This document shows positions 40,101 to 51,800 of a stretch of 64,000 nucleotides of DNA, one piece after another; position 1 is the stretch's first letter; each line of letters starts with the position of its first letter. Source of the stretch: Geosiphon pyriformis uo1 (lineage: Eukaryota > Fungi > Glomeromycota); the NCBI GenBank assembly GCA_016748015.1, contig JAAOMT010000302.1:310001-374000 (forward strand). Reading direction: 5' to 3'. The translations under genes and the position numbers were made by a program. The notes beneath the pieces are model-generated. The model was not told the origin of the DNA, did no database searches, and saw nothing but the letters and a program-made list of their open reading frames with translations.

Positions 40101-41969
40101 CTTAAGAGTTGTGTGACCCAATATTGGCACTACCCTTGTATTGCCTCGTCACCAAAATCTTTTGGATATCGGCTAGAAACTCAAAAATTGATTTTACTTT
40201 GTGACGCCCATCATGCAAAAACATCACAAGAGCTTCCACAAAAAGAAATTTCCCCTAATTTTAATTTGAGAAGAGTTTATGTAAATCCTGAGGATTCCTC
40301 CGATTCTATGAAAATTTGGAGCAAACCTACAGAATATTCATGGAGGTTCTCGGAAGTCATTCGATATGGGGCACTTATTATTCATTGCCTTGGAGAGTTC
40401 TCCGAAGACGGTGACTCAATGGTTGATCACTCCGTCGATTACCCAATACCAATAGGATTCCGCTTTGATCGACTCTACGTTCAATCCTCAAGTGGAAGAA
40501 AATTTAAGATTAGCTGTCAGCTGATTGCGATTGACGGAACATTTATTAGCCTTCAAACCAGAAAAAGAAAATACAATGAAGGTCTTTTCGATGAAAATAA
40601 AGTTATCATTAAATATGACTGCCCAAATTCTATACGTTATGGATGGAAAGTTGCAGTTCAAGAAGAAATTAGAGATGTTTCGGAAATTAATAGAAAATAT
40701 GAGTTGGTTGAGTACACAGAAAAGTCATCATTACAAGGTAACAGAATTTTTAAATTCGATTAGATAACTTTAAAATGGATTCCGACTGTATATAATTGTA
40801 TTTAATAATCATGTATCGCGTACAATCTTTTCACAGATGTTATTTCCTGGTTGGTTGAAAGATTTTTAATTCGAGAAGAAAATATGGGCGAATCTAATGC
40901 ACAAACCAAAAACCATTTCTACAACTTTCGACCCGATACCTTTTTCGGTTTAAATTATCCATTGATAATCAAACTAATAAAGTCTCTTCCCAACTACGAA
41001 TTAAGTTTTCAAGCAATGCGCAAATTGCAAGAAAGTCGAGAGAACATGAAAGAAATTATTGAATCGGATGACTATACTTCAGCACGTACAGAACATAGTT
41101 CAAAACAGACCGTTCGCCAAATAAGAAGAATAGGCAGTTGCTGTCATATAACTATATTGGAAAAAGAAAACGCTGATTATGATGTTATTTCTGAGCACCA
41201 GGAATTATTATCAAATCCTCATGGACGTTGTGAGTCCATCATGAATGACTCTAGTCTCATCCAGCAATACACTAGAATGAAGGAAAAACAGTGTGTTAGC
41301 CTGCGACCAACATGGGGTAATAAAGAAACAGACAAGTCGGCGAATGACTATGTCGGACGATCAACTCGTCGTCGTGGCTCAAGTGGTGTCTTGATAATAT
41401 CTGATAACCTAATAGCACCTACTCGAGCAACAAGCTCAAAGTCTAAATGTCCCAAAATTCCTCCTACAGACATAGGGGTTTTTGCTACTCGCGCTTTTGA
41501 AAAAGACGAAATGATAATGGAGTACACGGGTGTTGTTCTCAGTTCTGCTGTGGCAAGACGTCTCGAGTCTAAATATGCTCGCAAGCAATCACAAAATCGT
41601 TACATGATGTGGGGGGATATAAATTGGGTTATTGATGCCAGTCGAGTTGGTGGTTGTGCTCGATATATACGGGAGGATCGACAACATGTAAGCTTTTAAG
41701 TTAAATTTGCAAAAGATTTTGGGCTTATTTTTAGCTCTGCAATACCTTCAATAAAAGGTTCCAATTTTAATTAACAAATATCAATTAATTGAATATGCCT
41801 ATCCTCTTCATAACCTTGTAAACATCAGGCAAACACCTACGCCAAGCCATTTACGATCAATTCAAAACGTAAAATTGCTTTATTTGCACTTCGAAATATA
41901 AAATGCAATGAGGAAATAACGTTTCATTATGGAATAGAAAAAGATGTGAGCCATATCTATTATGCATGA
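37150..41969 (+). CDS. Trithorax/KMT2(MLL)-like chromatin protein: RAMA-like domain, 3 PHD, extended PHD, FYRN/FYRC, Win motif, atypical SET
   Basis: Exons 37150-39939, 40038-40737, 40837-41687 and 41829-41969 are joined by GT-AG introns that keep the frame and restore the ePHD (CAKC..GA..C..C...WHYPC) and SET (ANTYAK..EEITFHY). PHD3 GNICPICRKLYGDDDYDIPMLQCDTC is MLL-like; FYRN IRYGALIIHCLG..PIPIGF; FYRC FFGLNYPLIIKLIKSLP; Win TSARTE. CpG-rich with no stops. Extreme C-terminus uncertain (possible donor at 41946 and exon 42096-42176). Confidence 0.9.
37564..37884 (+). other. RAMA-like domain (aa about 139-245)
   Basis: L..L..AGLL....V.FK..G.I...G.I....Y.SPSAFA......K..ANGWSSIK......LD.YR resembles the MPND RAMA pattern (L..LL...LL..G..FNSPSAWA....K.GCGWASVKY...LDKYK), recalled from memory. 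Confidence 0.7.
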
Positions 41970-42812
41970 AAAGTTGCTTTAGCTCAAATGGACAATAGGA
42001 AACGGCTCTCTCATAACATGGTGAGTATTTATACTAATATGGACTCATTAAAAGTTGAATTGACTATACTCACTTTCAAATTTATTTTAATACAGCTTGT
42101 AACATACTACAGCGCGAAAGACAACGGTAATAGCGTATCGCGATATTTTCTCAATTCTGAGTTTTTGTGTATATAGTTTACCCCTTCCCTTGTTCATCAC
42201 CCTATTAGTCTTTAATATCCAGCTTAGTCTTGTAAATAAGAAAAAGGGAATGGATAATGTTTATTCACTTCATCATATTGTCATATTGCAATAGCTTGTT
42301 TCTCTACCCAACAAAAAAGTATCAAAAGTGGCGGAAGTTAAATTCATATATAAAATCTAATGAGCTCTAATTTTTAATTCTTAAATTCTAAAGAATCAGA
42401 TTTGATCGGCATTCTCTTACGAAATGAGAATTAATTAATTATATTATGGCTCTTTTCACTAAGAAAGCATTGATAGTCGACGTTCTGCGATTTTATGCAG
42501 TTAATACTTTGAAGAGTGCTAAACTAAAAATAAAATTAGAGCTAAATTTGTTACTAAATACATGATAACAACATTATAAGTAAAATATATTTAATGATAA
42601 TTTATCAATGTTTACTGTTAAATTTTTAAATTTTTAAATTTTAATTGTTATATATTAGAATAAATATAATTAAAAAATGTAAAATTCTTTTTTTTTTCTT
42701 AATTATTTGATTAAAACATATATTTTAGCAAGAATTTCTTATTTTCTTAAATATTTTTTTTGTTTATTATTTAAATTTGTTTTTTTTTGTTTTTACATTA
42801 ATAACACAAAAA

Positions 42813-42845
<33 letters not shown>

Positions 42846-43440
42846 TAACATACAAGCCCAAACACAATCTAATACAATATAATCTTTGAAAGTGTCTTAA
42901 ATTAAGCATAAATTACATGTTTTCTATATGTAATTAGATATCAGTTCAATTTAAACTAAATTATATTAAATTTATAAGTAAAAATATATCCTAAGAAGAC
43001 ATTTTATGCATAATAACAACTAAGTTTTATTATTTATAATATTATTACTCAACTATTTAATAGTTTTATTTATATTCTGCTTGACATTAAAAGATTGAAG
43101 TTTTTAAAGAAAAATTAATTAGATATATGTTTTATTATTTAACATGTTATTTTATTTAATCTTATTATTATTATTATTATTATTTATTGAATTGAAACCA
43201 ATACTAAATTTATTTTTTATTTTAATCAAGTTGAAACTAACTTTGCACAAATATTTACCAAAAACAAACATTTGATTTTTAATTTTATAAACTGTATTCC
43301 TAAGTTTATTATGTATTATAAAAAGAATATTTAACAAAAATATAATTAAAACAATTAATAAACCAATAAGTTCATAATAAATTTGATCAAAAAAACTAAA
43401 TTCAAGATTTAAAATTTTATCAAATTTAAATTTTAATATC

Positions 43441-43441
<1 letters not shown>

Positions 43442-43479
<38 letters not shown>
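43442..43479 (+). repeat. (TAA)n microsatellite
   Basis: About 12 perfect ATA/TAA units; shorter (TAT)n tracts at 42814-42845 and 43162-43183. Confidence 0.9.
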
Positions 43480-43639
43480 TAGAAATTTTTTACCAAATAT
43501 AATATTTGTATAAAGTATTAGTTTTTATAATAATAAAATTTAAAAACTTATAAAATTTAAAATATTACAATAGTAAAATATTAATAATAATAAAATTTAG
43601 AAAAACAAAAAATAAAACAAATATAATTATTAATTTAAA

Positions 43640-45935
43640 AAATTAAAAAATGTTGTTTTTTGTCTTTTTAATTTTATGATTATGATCAGAGCAAAGAGTA
43701 AAAAAGCTGTATCTGATATTTTTTCAGAGATATTTAATAAAATTTCAATCAGAAAAGCTTTTTCTGTTATAGAAGCAACTAAGCAGAATGTTTTAGAAGT
43801 CTTTCTTTTACTTAATAATTGTAAAAAGCTGCTTTTGATAGCTACTAAAGCAACTTTTTCATCTTTGGCTAGTTTTTTATCAGTTAAAGTTTCTTTAAAG
43901 ATACACATCTGAGTTAGTTCTAATGTTGTCTTTATTCTTTTCAAAAGCCCAAAAGTTTTTAATAACAGACCAGTTAACAAGCTGGTTTTTTTATCATAAC
44001 TTCAACATTAGATGCTGCCAGCACTTCTTCTTTAAAAAAAATAGTCAAAAAGACCAAAAATTCAGAAAAGTGAAAACAGTTGCTTTCTTCTGTTATTGTT
44101 ACACCAAATTTTTTTGTGGTTCCAACTGAGATCTTAGATGAGATTTTTATTGTTTTATCTGACACATTATCTAAGATAGACCAAGATCAATTATTGATTG
44201 TGTTGCCAAATATAGTGTCTTTTGGCAAATTATTATTGTTTCTGGAAGCAAAACAATTATCTCCTATTAAGTTATCTGTTTTTGAAAACTGGACTGATTA
44301 GATGGAAACTAAATTATTTCTTTTGGTTTCTGGTATTATTACTAGTGATGCTTGGAAGATTATTATTGGTTGTCAAAAGTTTGCTGGGTGAGTGGCTTCT
44401 ACTCTAATGTCTGGTGCTATTTTCAAGATCAAATTGGCTCATATTAAGACTGTTTTTAGTCTATACATAGTTTTTTGAGTGCAAAGTCTGTTTTTAAAGA
44501 CAATATAAAGCTTTTTTATGTATAGTTTGCTTTTCAAAGTTCTCTAAATACTGCATTTTTGGTTGAGCTTACAAGCTCTGTTTGTCTTGCTACTCTTAAA
44601 ATTGCCAAGTTTTTGGTGGTTTCTGAGTCTGGTTTTTTTTCTGCTGTTGTTGCACTGCATGATGTGTCTTTGGATGTGTCTGCTGCTGATATTAAGTTAG
44701 CTCTTAGTGTTTTTGGTAAAGTTTCTCATGTTATACTGAAGCCTGCTGATGTTTGGCAATATGTGGTTGTTTACTTTAAAAAATTGGATACTGCTGCTTC
44801 TGCTTTCATTTACTGGTTAATTTTGGTGGACAAAGATAGTGTTTGTATTCTTTTCTTTATTAATCAAAATAAGACAATTTTATTTTATAATCAGTTTAAG
44901 GCCAAGTTGGTCAATCTCTCTTCTGGTTGTACTGCCTTTGAGATTAGTAATATAATCTTTCAGATTGGTAGCCAGACTTGTTTTATTCCTTATTTGTCTA
45001 ATTCTGGTCATTGTTTTTGGTTTGCTTTGATTATATTTAGTTCCCAAGTTGATTTGGACTTTGTAGTTATTAAAACTGGTACCTTAAGAAAGTGCTATAT
45101 TTGGTAGAAAACTTTTGGTTGTCAACACTGCTTTAGGTATCAAGAAGTGAACTATTTAGCTGTAGACTGCGAAATTTCTCTGTTTCCTCCCCTTAAAGCT
45201 CACAAAGTGTCTAAAACACATTTTGTAAGTAGTGTTTCTTATGCAAAGACTTCTGTTTTTCTAGATTTTTCTGAGTTTTCTCCCTTGGCAGCTTCTATTT
45301 CTCCTTCTGTAGTTGTTGGTAATCTCTTGGTGTCTTCTCGGTTGGCTTCTTTGGAGTCTGATTTAGTCAAGCTTTCTGTTTTGGTTAAGTCTATTGTTAA
45401 ACCAGTTAGTTCTTTGGTCAAATTGTTTGAACAATTTATTAATAAAGATTTGGTCTCAAACAGTAAACTTGGCCTTAAAGTCAATGAAATTATGATGCAT
45501 ATGGGTTTCTTTAGTAAAATTGTTGGTAAGTTGGAAAGAGAAGTAGTTTTTTTAAAAAAAGAATGTTGCATAGAAAATGTTGATATGTCTGGTAATTCAA
45601 AGCACTTAGTTGGTTTAGATAATATGATGTTTTCTAACTTGATGTCTCTTTGGGAACATGAATCTGTTGATGTTAAAGCTAATGCCTTGAAAACAGCCAA
45701 ATGACTAGTTGAATTAGTTTTTTGTAATGCTATTTTGTTTTTTGTTATTTAAAAGATGTCATCTTTGGGTAAGTTTTTTTCTGATGTATCAATATAGTAT
45801 AGTTTGAACTGGCTCAAGTAGCTGGTTATATATAGAAAATACATGAACTATATTTAGTTGTGGAACTCTTAATTTGTTCTTAATTTCTAGATAGTAGTTA
45901 GACTTTATTTATTAAACTCTAATAAAAAAAATAAA
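43640..45935 (+). mobile_element. ORF1-only non-autonomous retroposon (HAL1-like) with LINE 3' tail
   Basis: Single degenerate frame of about 700 codons (43676-45798) with RRM-like segments and CQHCFRYQEVNYLAVDC knuckle remnant, followed immediately by the LINE-type tail and A-rich end; no APE or RT. Confidence 0.75.
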
Positions 45936-47224
45936 AAAATTAATTAATAATTTTAAAAACAATATAACCAAAAAAAAATTAATTAATTAATTTTAAAGAT
46001 ATTTCTTAAAATAATAATTTTAATACTGTTTTTTTTAATTAATACAAACCAATTATTAAAAACAACAAAAAAAAGTTTTTAAAATTAACAATAATATATT
46101 ATTACAAGTTAACAGAATTTAATATAACTAAGATAACAATACCAAAAATACCAAAAACATTTTTAATATTATCAAAAAATATGCTAAAAAAATATTATAA
46201 AATACAATAAAAATAAAAATAAAATCAGAAGTTATTACAATAGATTTGTAATTTTAAATATAATTAAAAAAAACCATTAATAAAAACTATAAAAACAGTA
46301 ACCAAAAAAGTTTTGAAAGTAAAATTTACATAAAACAACTTAATATTGTTTTTTAAAATTGATTTAAATTCAATAAAGCCAAACAATAAATAAATAAAAA
46401 ATTACTCAAAGCCAATTTAATCTTAAATATAATATTAAATACTAAAATAAAAATCATCTATTTAGAAAATTTTTAATAATTAAAAATTGTTTTTTAGATA
46501 TTATTAGAAATAGTATTAAAAAACAAAAAAAAATTAATTTAATTTTTATTTAATTAGCTTAATTTTTAAGCTTAAATAACTTAATAAGTTGTTTTACTTT
46601 TAAAATTAGTAATAATTTATTAAAAAATATTATATTTAGCAATATAATTAATAAATAATTTTAATTTATTTTGGAAAATATATTATTATTATTATTATTA
46701 TTATCTATATAAAAAAAAACTGGTTACTATTAAGAAAATTTTTTACAAGATTTTATTTAAAACCACAAAAAAATTTAATTTAACAATAGTAAACACAAGT
46801 AATTATTGCTGTTTTTTTAAGTTTTTGGTTTTTTTAGTTATTTATAAAGTAATAATAATAATAGTAGTAATAAAAACAAAAAAAACCAATTTGTTAACTA
46901 ATTTATTATTGAAAACTTTAAGATTTAAAAAAAATAAAAACAATATTAGTACTAATTTAAGTATGTTTTTTAAAATAAAACTTTAATTGAAAAAAAACTA
47001 TTAATTAAAAGTAAAAAAAATGCTACAAAAATTGCTAAAAACAGCTTTTTATTATTAATATTTAAGAAAATATTGCCAAAACATTTTGCTTAGCTGCTTT
47101 AATAACAAAAAAACTTTTTTTTATTAAAACTTTATTAATTATTATAAAAAAAGTAATATTTAAAACTTTTTTTATTTTTTGTTTTAGTCATAATAAAATT
47201 TAAAAAAAAAATTATTATTTTATT

Positions 47225-47325
47225 TTATTAACAAATACAATCCAATTATCTAATATATAGAAACAAACTAAGTAATTCTAACTAAATATAATTTATATGC
47301 TTACTATATATAATTGGTCACTTAA
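47225..47325 (-). mobile_element. Isolated LINE 3'-tail fragment
   Basis: Reverse complement matches the shared tail (TGACCAATTATATATAGTAAGCATATAAATTATATTTAGTT...TAGATAATTGGATTG). Confidence 0.65.
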
Positions 47326-47964
47326 TTTTTGTAAAATTTTTTTTTTTTATTAAAACTTAATAAATAAAACCCAACTGCTATCTAGTACATAGAACCAGAC
47401 TAAATGGCCCAAACTAAATATAACTCATGCATTTGCTACATATGGCTAGCCACTTAGACCAGACAAGACAATACTATACACCTATATGAACACAAACATT
47501 ACCACCCAAACCAGAATAAAAAAGACAGAGCCTTTGATGACCAAAACTAACAGCAAAAGACTCAACAATATTAAGGATCCTGACCACACCATCTGAAAAT
47601 TTAAACACTAAACTACAAGACAAACTTGACACAACACCCCCATTTCCAACCAAACCAGTCTTCTCTATATCAACTTTGAATTTAGATCTTAGCAGCCAAG
47701 TCTTGAAACAATGCAGCTTCATCAGATATCTCACAAAATCAACAACAGCAAAAGCAGTGTTACAGATGATTATTTGGAGTCTCAAAGCAAATAACAAATC
47801 CATAACTTGGTGCTCAATTAATGTAAGGATGTTAGTTTCCAAAGGTTTTTGTAATCTGAAGATTTTGTTATCTGAAAATTTTATTATCTAAAGGTTTTGG
47901 TTGAGTTCTTTGTATAATAGATAGAGATTTACTTATTGTCTTCTTAGTAGCCTCCTGGAATTGC

Positions 47965-48817
47965 TATTACTTATAGAATATAGAAAGTATATATTAGTAT
48001 ATAAATTAGCCAATCAGAAGTAATTGTAGTAAATGTAGAATTCTAGAATTCCTCTCAAAAGAATTGCAGAATTCCAGAAATTTCAAGATTCTTGTACAAG
48101 AAATTGCAAAATTCTAGAATTCCAGGATTCTTCTCAAAAGAATTACAGGATTCCAAGAATTTCAGGATTCCTGGTGTAAGGAATTGAGGAATTTCAATTA
48201 TGTATATATAGCAGTAGTGTTAGAAGTAGAAAAGACAGACCTCTCTGTTTAGATTTGATCTAAGCAATCTTCTATTCACAAATATCAATAAAAATAATTT
48301 ATTCACTATCTCAATCTACTCTCTACTATTAACATTTAATGTTGATAGTAATTGATACTTGACTATACTGAAACAATAGTTTTTGATTATGACTATTAAT
48401 AGAATACTAACATGCAAATCACCTTGGCTTATGTTTTTGATTTTTTTTATTTTCTTTTCTTGTTTTATTTTTTTTTGTTATTTGTTAAACTTGATTAAAA
48501 GAATTTACACATGGAGGTACTAACATCAGAATAAAGTGACTGGTAAAAGACTCAGAAATAAGAATAGAACACTTGATTGAAGATAGCTTACCAGAAGGAT
48601 TACTGGCTATTATACTGAGAAAAAAATTAATGAAACTAAGGTTTTGGGAAGCTATGGATAACACTATTACCATTGAATCTTTGTTCATTATACAAAAGAC
48701 TCAACAAAAACCTTCAGAAAAACACACTTTCAGAAATTACTAACATTAGTATATCAATTGAGCACCAAGTTATGGGTTTGTTATTTGCTTTAAAACCCCA
48801 AATAATTATCTGTAACA
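47965..48817 (+). repeat. 5' LTR of copy D
   Basis: TATTAC...TGTAACA; followed by PBS. Confidence 0.92.
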
Positions 48818-48849
48818 TTTGGTGCTTCCTGTGAGATATAATTCTACAG

Positions 48850-51800
48850 AAAACCAGCATCAACAACAATCATCCAAAAGTGGCAAAATCAAAAATCATA
48901 GGAACCAACTATTTAGGATTTACCAAATTCTTGTTTTAACAGTACAGCCAACAGTTAGGATTAAACAATAACTATTTTTTAGCAGAATCAGCCTTCAACT
49001 TTTACATTAATGATAAAATCACAGACTGCTTAGAAGAAACAGTTAACATTGAATCTGCAAAAAAAAATTTTTATACAAAATTGTTTCAACATACCAGCTT
49101 ACCAAGAAACTACAGTTCACACCAATTATCAGAAAAATCAATCAAACTATTAAAAGATACACTCAACAACAATTCCCTATTACTTATGCAAATAAAGACA
49201 AGAGAAGATTGTAAACACCAGCAATAACACCAAAACAAATACAACTACCCACTTGAAAGAAAACCAGATTTGAATCACCAACCAATTCATCATATTATTA
49301 TATACCAAGAAATACTATCAATATCTTTTCAGTAAATGTGTCCACATCAAATACAACATCAACCTTTGAACAATTTTTATTCCAAAGTAAACAAAGAAAA
49401 GCAGAGTTATTAAGACCATATAGCGAATATTTTAAAGGATTTAAATTGTGATCACCAACACCATTAGGATTTCAATTACTACCACCTCTACCAGATTTCG
49501 GAAATGTGAGTCTTTGGGAATTAATAGAATCAGAAGAAGAAGAAGACAATAATTAGGAATTCAACTATCAAAACCTGATTTTGGAAAATCCAGAAGTGGA
49601 AACTCTGAACATTCAAACCCAGCAAACTCAAAACAATCCAAACCCCAAAACAATTAATTAGCAAAACTTACCTCCAGTAATTGTTATTGATCAGCCACTA
49701 ATTGAACTAATTATTGAACCAATTTAACAGCAGCCACTTCAGCAACCTATTTAATAACAACTTCAACCACCACCCTCACAACAACAACAACCAATAGTCT
49801 ATGCTTCAATTGCCAAGATAAAAAAATTTATTAGTGAAGAGGACGACACCCAAGTATGGCTTAATAATGTAGAAAAAGCCATCACAGCCAATGAATGGAA
49901 TGATGACAGAGCTTTTTAAGCAATTCTTTGTTTCTTATAAGATACCGCTAACTCATGGTATCAAAGCTTAGCTGCCAAATCTCAAACATTCTAGGAATTT
50001 AAAATTGCATTCTTGGGATATTTTAGCAATAATAACAGTATAAATTACCTAGTCAACATCTTCATCATAATTAAACAGAGAAAAACTGAAGCAATTACTA
50101 CTTATCTGGGATGCTTCTATAGGAACTTATGCCAAATTCAAGCAATCCAAGCTGACTATTTTACAGTGCCACAGATCTTGAACCAGTTTATTTGTGGTCT
50201 GCACAGTAGCCTTCTTCAATATATACAACCATTACATTCAGCAACACTCCAAAATGCAATCACATAAGCCAGAGATTTTGAGTCAGCTGAATTAGAAGCT
50301 AACCATGTCCAAGCTGTAAACCTAGTCATGAATGGATTATCTGACTTGGATTCCAAATTGAAACAACTTAGTAATTCAATTAATCAGAAATTAGAAAGAT
50401 ACTTAGCTGACAATTGCACAATCTATTAGCCATCCCAATGATGTAATAATTCTAGAAATATGAATTGCTCCCAAAATTCATTACATCTGTCACTATTATC
50501 CAATCAGCCATGACAGCAACATATTTGCCACAATTGTGATAAACAAAGCCATTTGAGAATTGACTGCTGCTTTTATAATAATAATTCATAATTGGGAAAT
50601 CAATATCAAAACTCTGATCACAGGTTTCAAACTCCGAATCAGAATACAAATCAAGATCCATACTCATCTCATTACACCCAAATGATACAACAGCCAATTT
50701 ATTAACCACCCATATATTAAGCTCCAATTTATCAGCCAACAACACCTATTATTTATTAACTGTAGTCCCAACCTATCTATTAGCCACAGTCTCAAATAAT
50801 ATATCAACCCCAACCAATTTTAACATCACCAGTAAACTCAGTTCAGATGACATCAGGAAATTCCAGATTAAAAGTTACTCAAAACTGGAGATCATTAATA
50901 GTTGTCTACCAACTGATTCCCAGTTCTTCAACTCAACCATTAGAATTATGCCAGCAAAGTTTGGGAAATAAGTACACACAAAACCTGAGTTCTCAGAACT
51001 ATTTAAGTCTTTTAGTAACTCCAGAAGATGCCTCATCCAGCAAAATAAAACCCAATCAAAGTAAACCATTTACCAGCAACATTCTACCAGCCACCATAAC
51101 CAATGACAAATTGCTAGCAGCAATTTTCTCATTTGAAGTCAAAGAACCATCACAAACACCATTGTTCAGTAGAGCTGCGCTCGAGAAAAAACTCATTACT
51201 GCTATGTATACTGATGTCAAAGTTGATGGCCACTCCATCAAACTGATTTTAAACAGTGGATTAGCTGACAGTATCATCACAAGACAACTTATAGATCAAT
51301 TAGGTCACCAAGTTGATCAAGCTGCCAGTGCATGAATTATTACTGCTAATGGAGCAACCAAAACTCCGATCGGCAAGATTGATGACTTCTCTATAGAAGT
51401 TAATGGCATCATTGTGCCAATCAAGGTATTAATCATGGAAGCCACCCAATATCAAGCACTTGTTGGTAATAATTGGCTGTTTAAAACCAACACAATGCTT
51501 GATTGGAACACACAGGAACTTCAGCTTAGCCAAAACAGTTGACACACATGCATACCAACCACATGTGGCTATTTTAAGACTACCAACACACCAGCACCAT
51601 TCATCGAGTTTAAGAGAGAAGAGAAGAAACCTATTTGGAAAGCATATCAAGTCTTGTGAGCCAACAATAATCACAACAAATTACCACCAATACCCTCCTG
51701 AGATGATAACAAAAAGGAAAAACAGAAAGAAGAACATATTTGGAATACCAACCAAGCCTGGGAAACTAATAATGACCCAGACAAAGCATCAACTTGGAAG

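Larger units (their letters stand above)
42814..47200 (-). mobile_element. Older eroded ORF1-only retroposon copy (about 2.1 kb), split by the 43640-45935 copy; (TAA)n tail at 42814-42845
   Basis: 45990-47200 reverse complement aligns to the 5' half of 43640-45935; 42846-42965 reverse complement resembles the shared LINE 3' tail. Confidence 0.6.

Noticed and set aside
37332-41584. Overlapping or antisense ORFs inside the KMT2-like gene
   Set aside because: Short, without motifs, and expected by chance in higher-GC coding DNA
42707-43337. Poly-Tyr and poly-Asn ORFs
   Set aside because: Translations of (TAT)n/(TAA)n microsatellites and a retroposon tail
47474-47842. 122-aa minus-strand ORF as a gene
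   Set aside because: Chance fusion of the LTR end of element C with the LINE ORF2 C-terminus at 47757/47758
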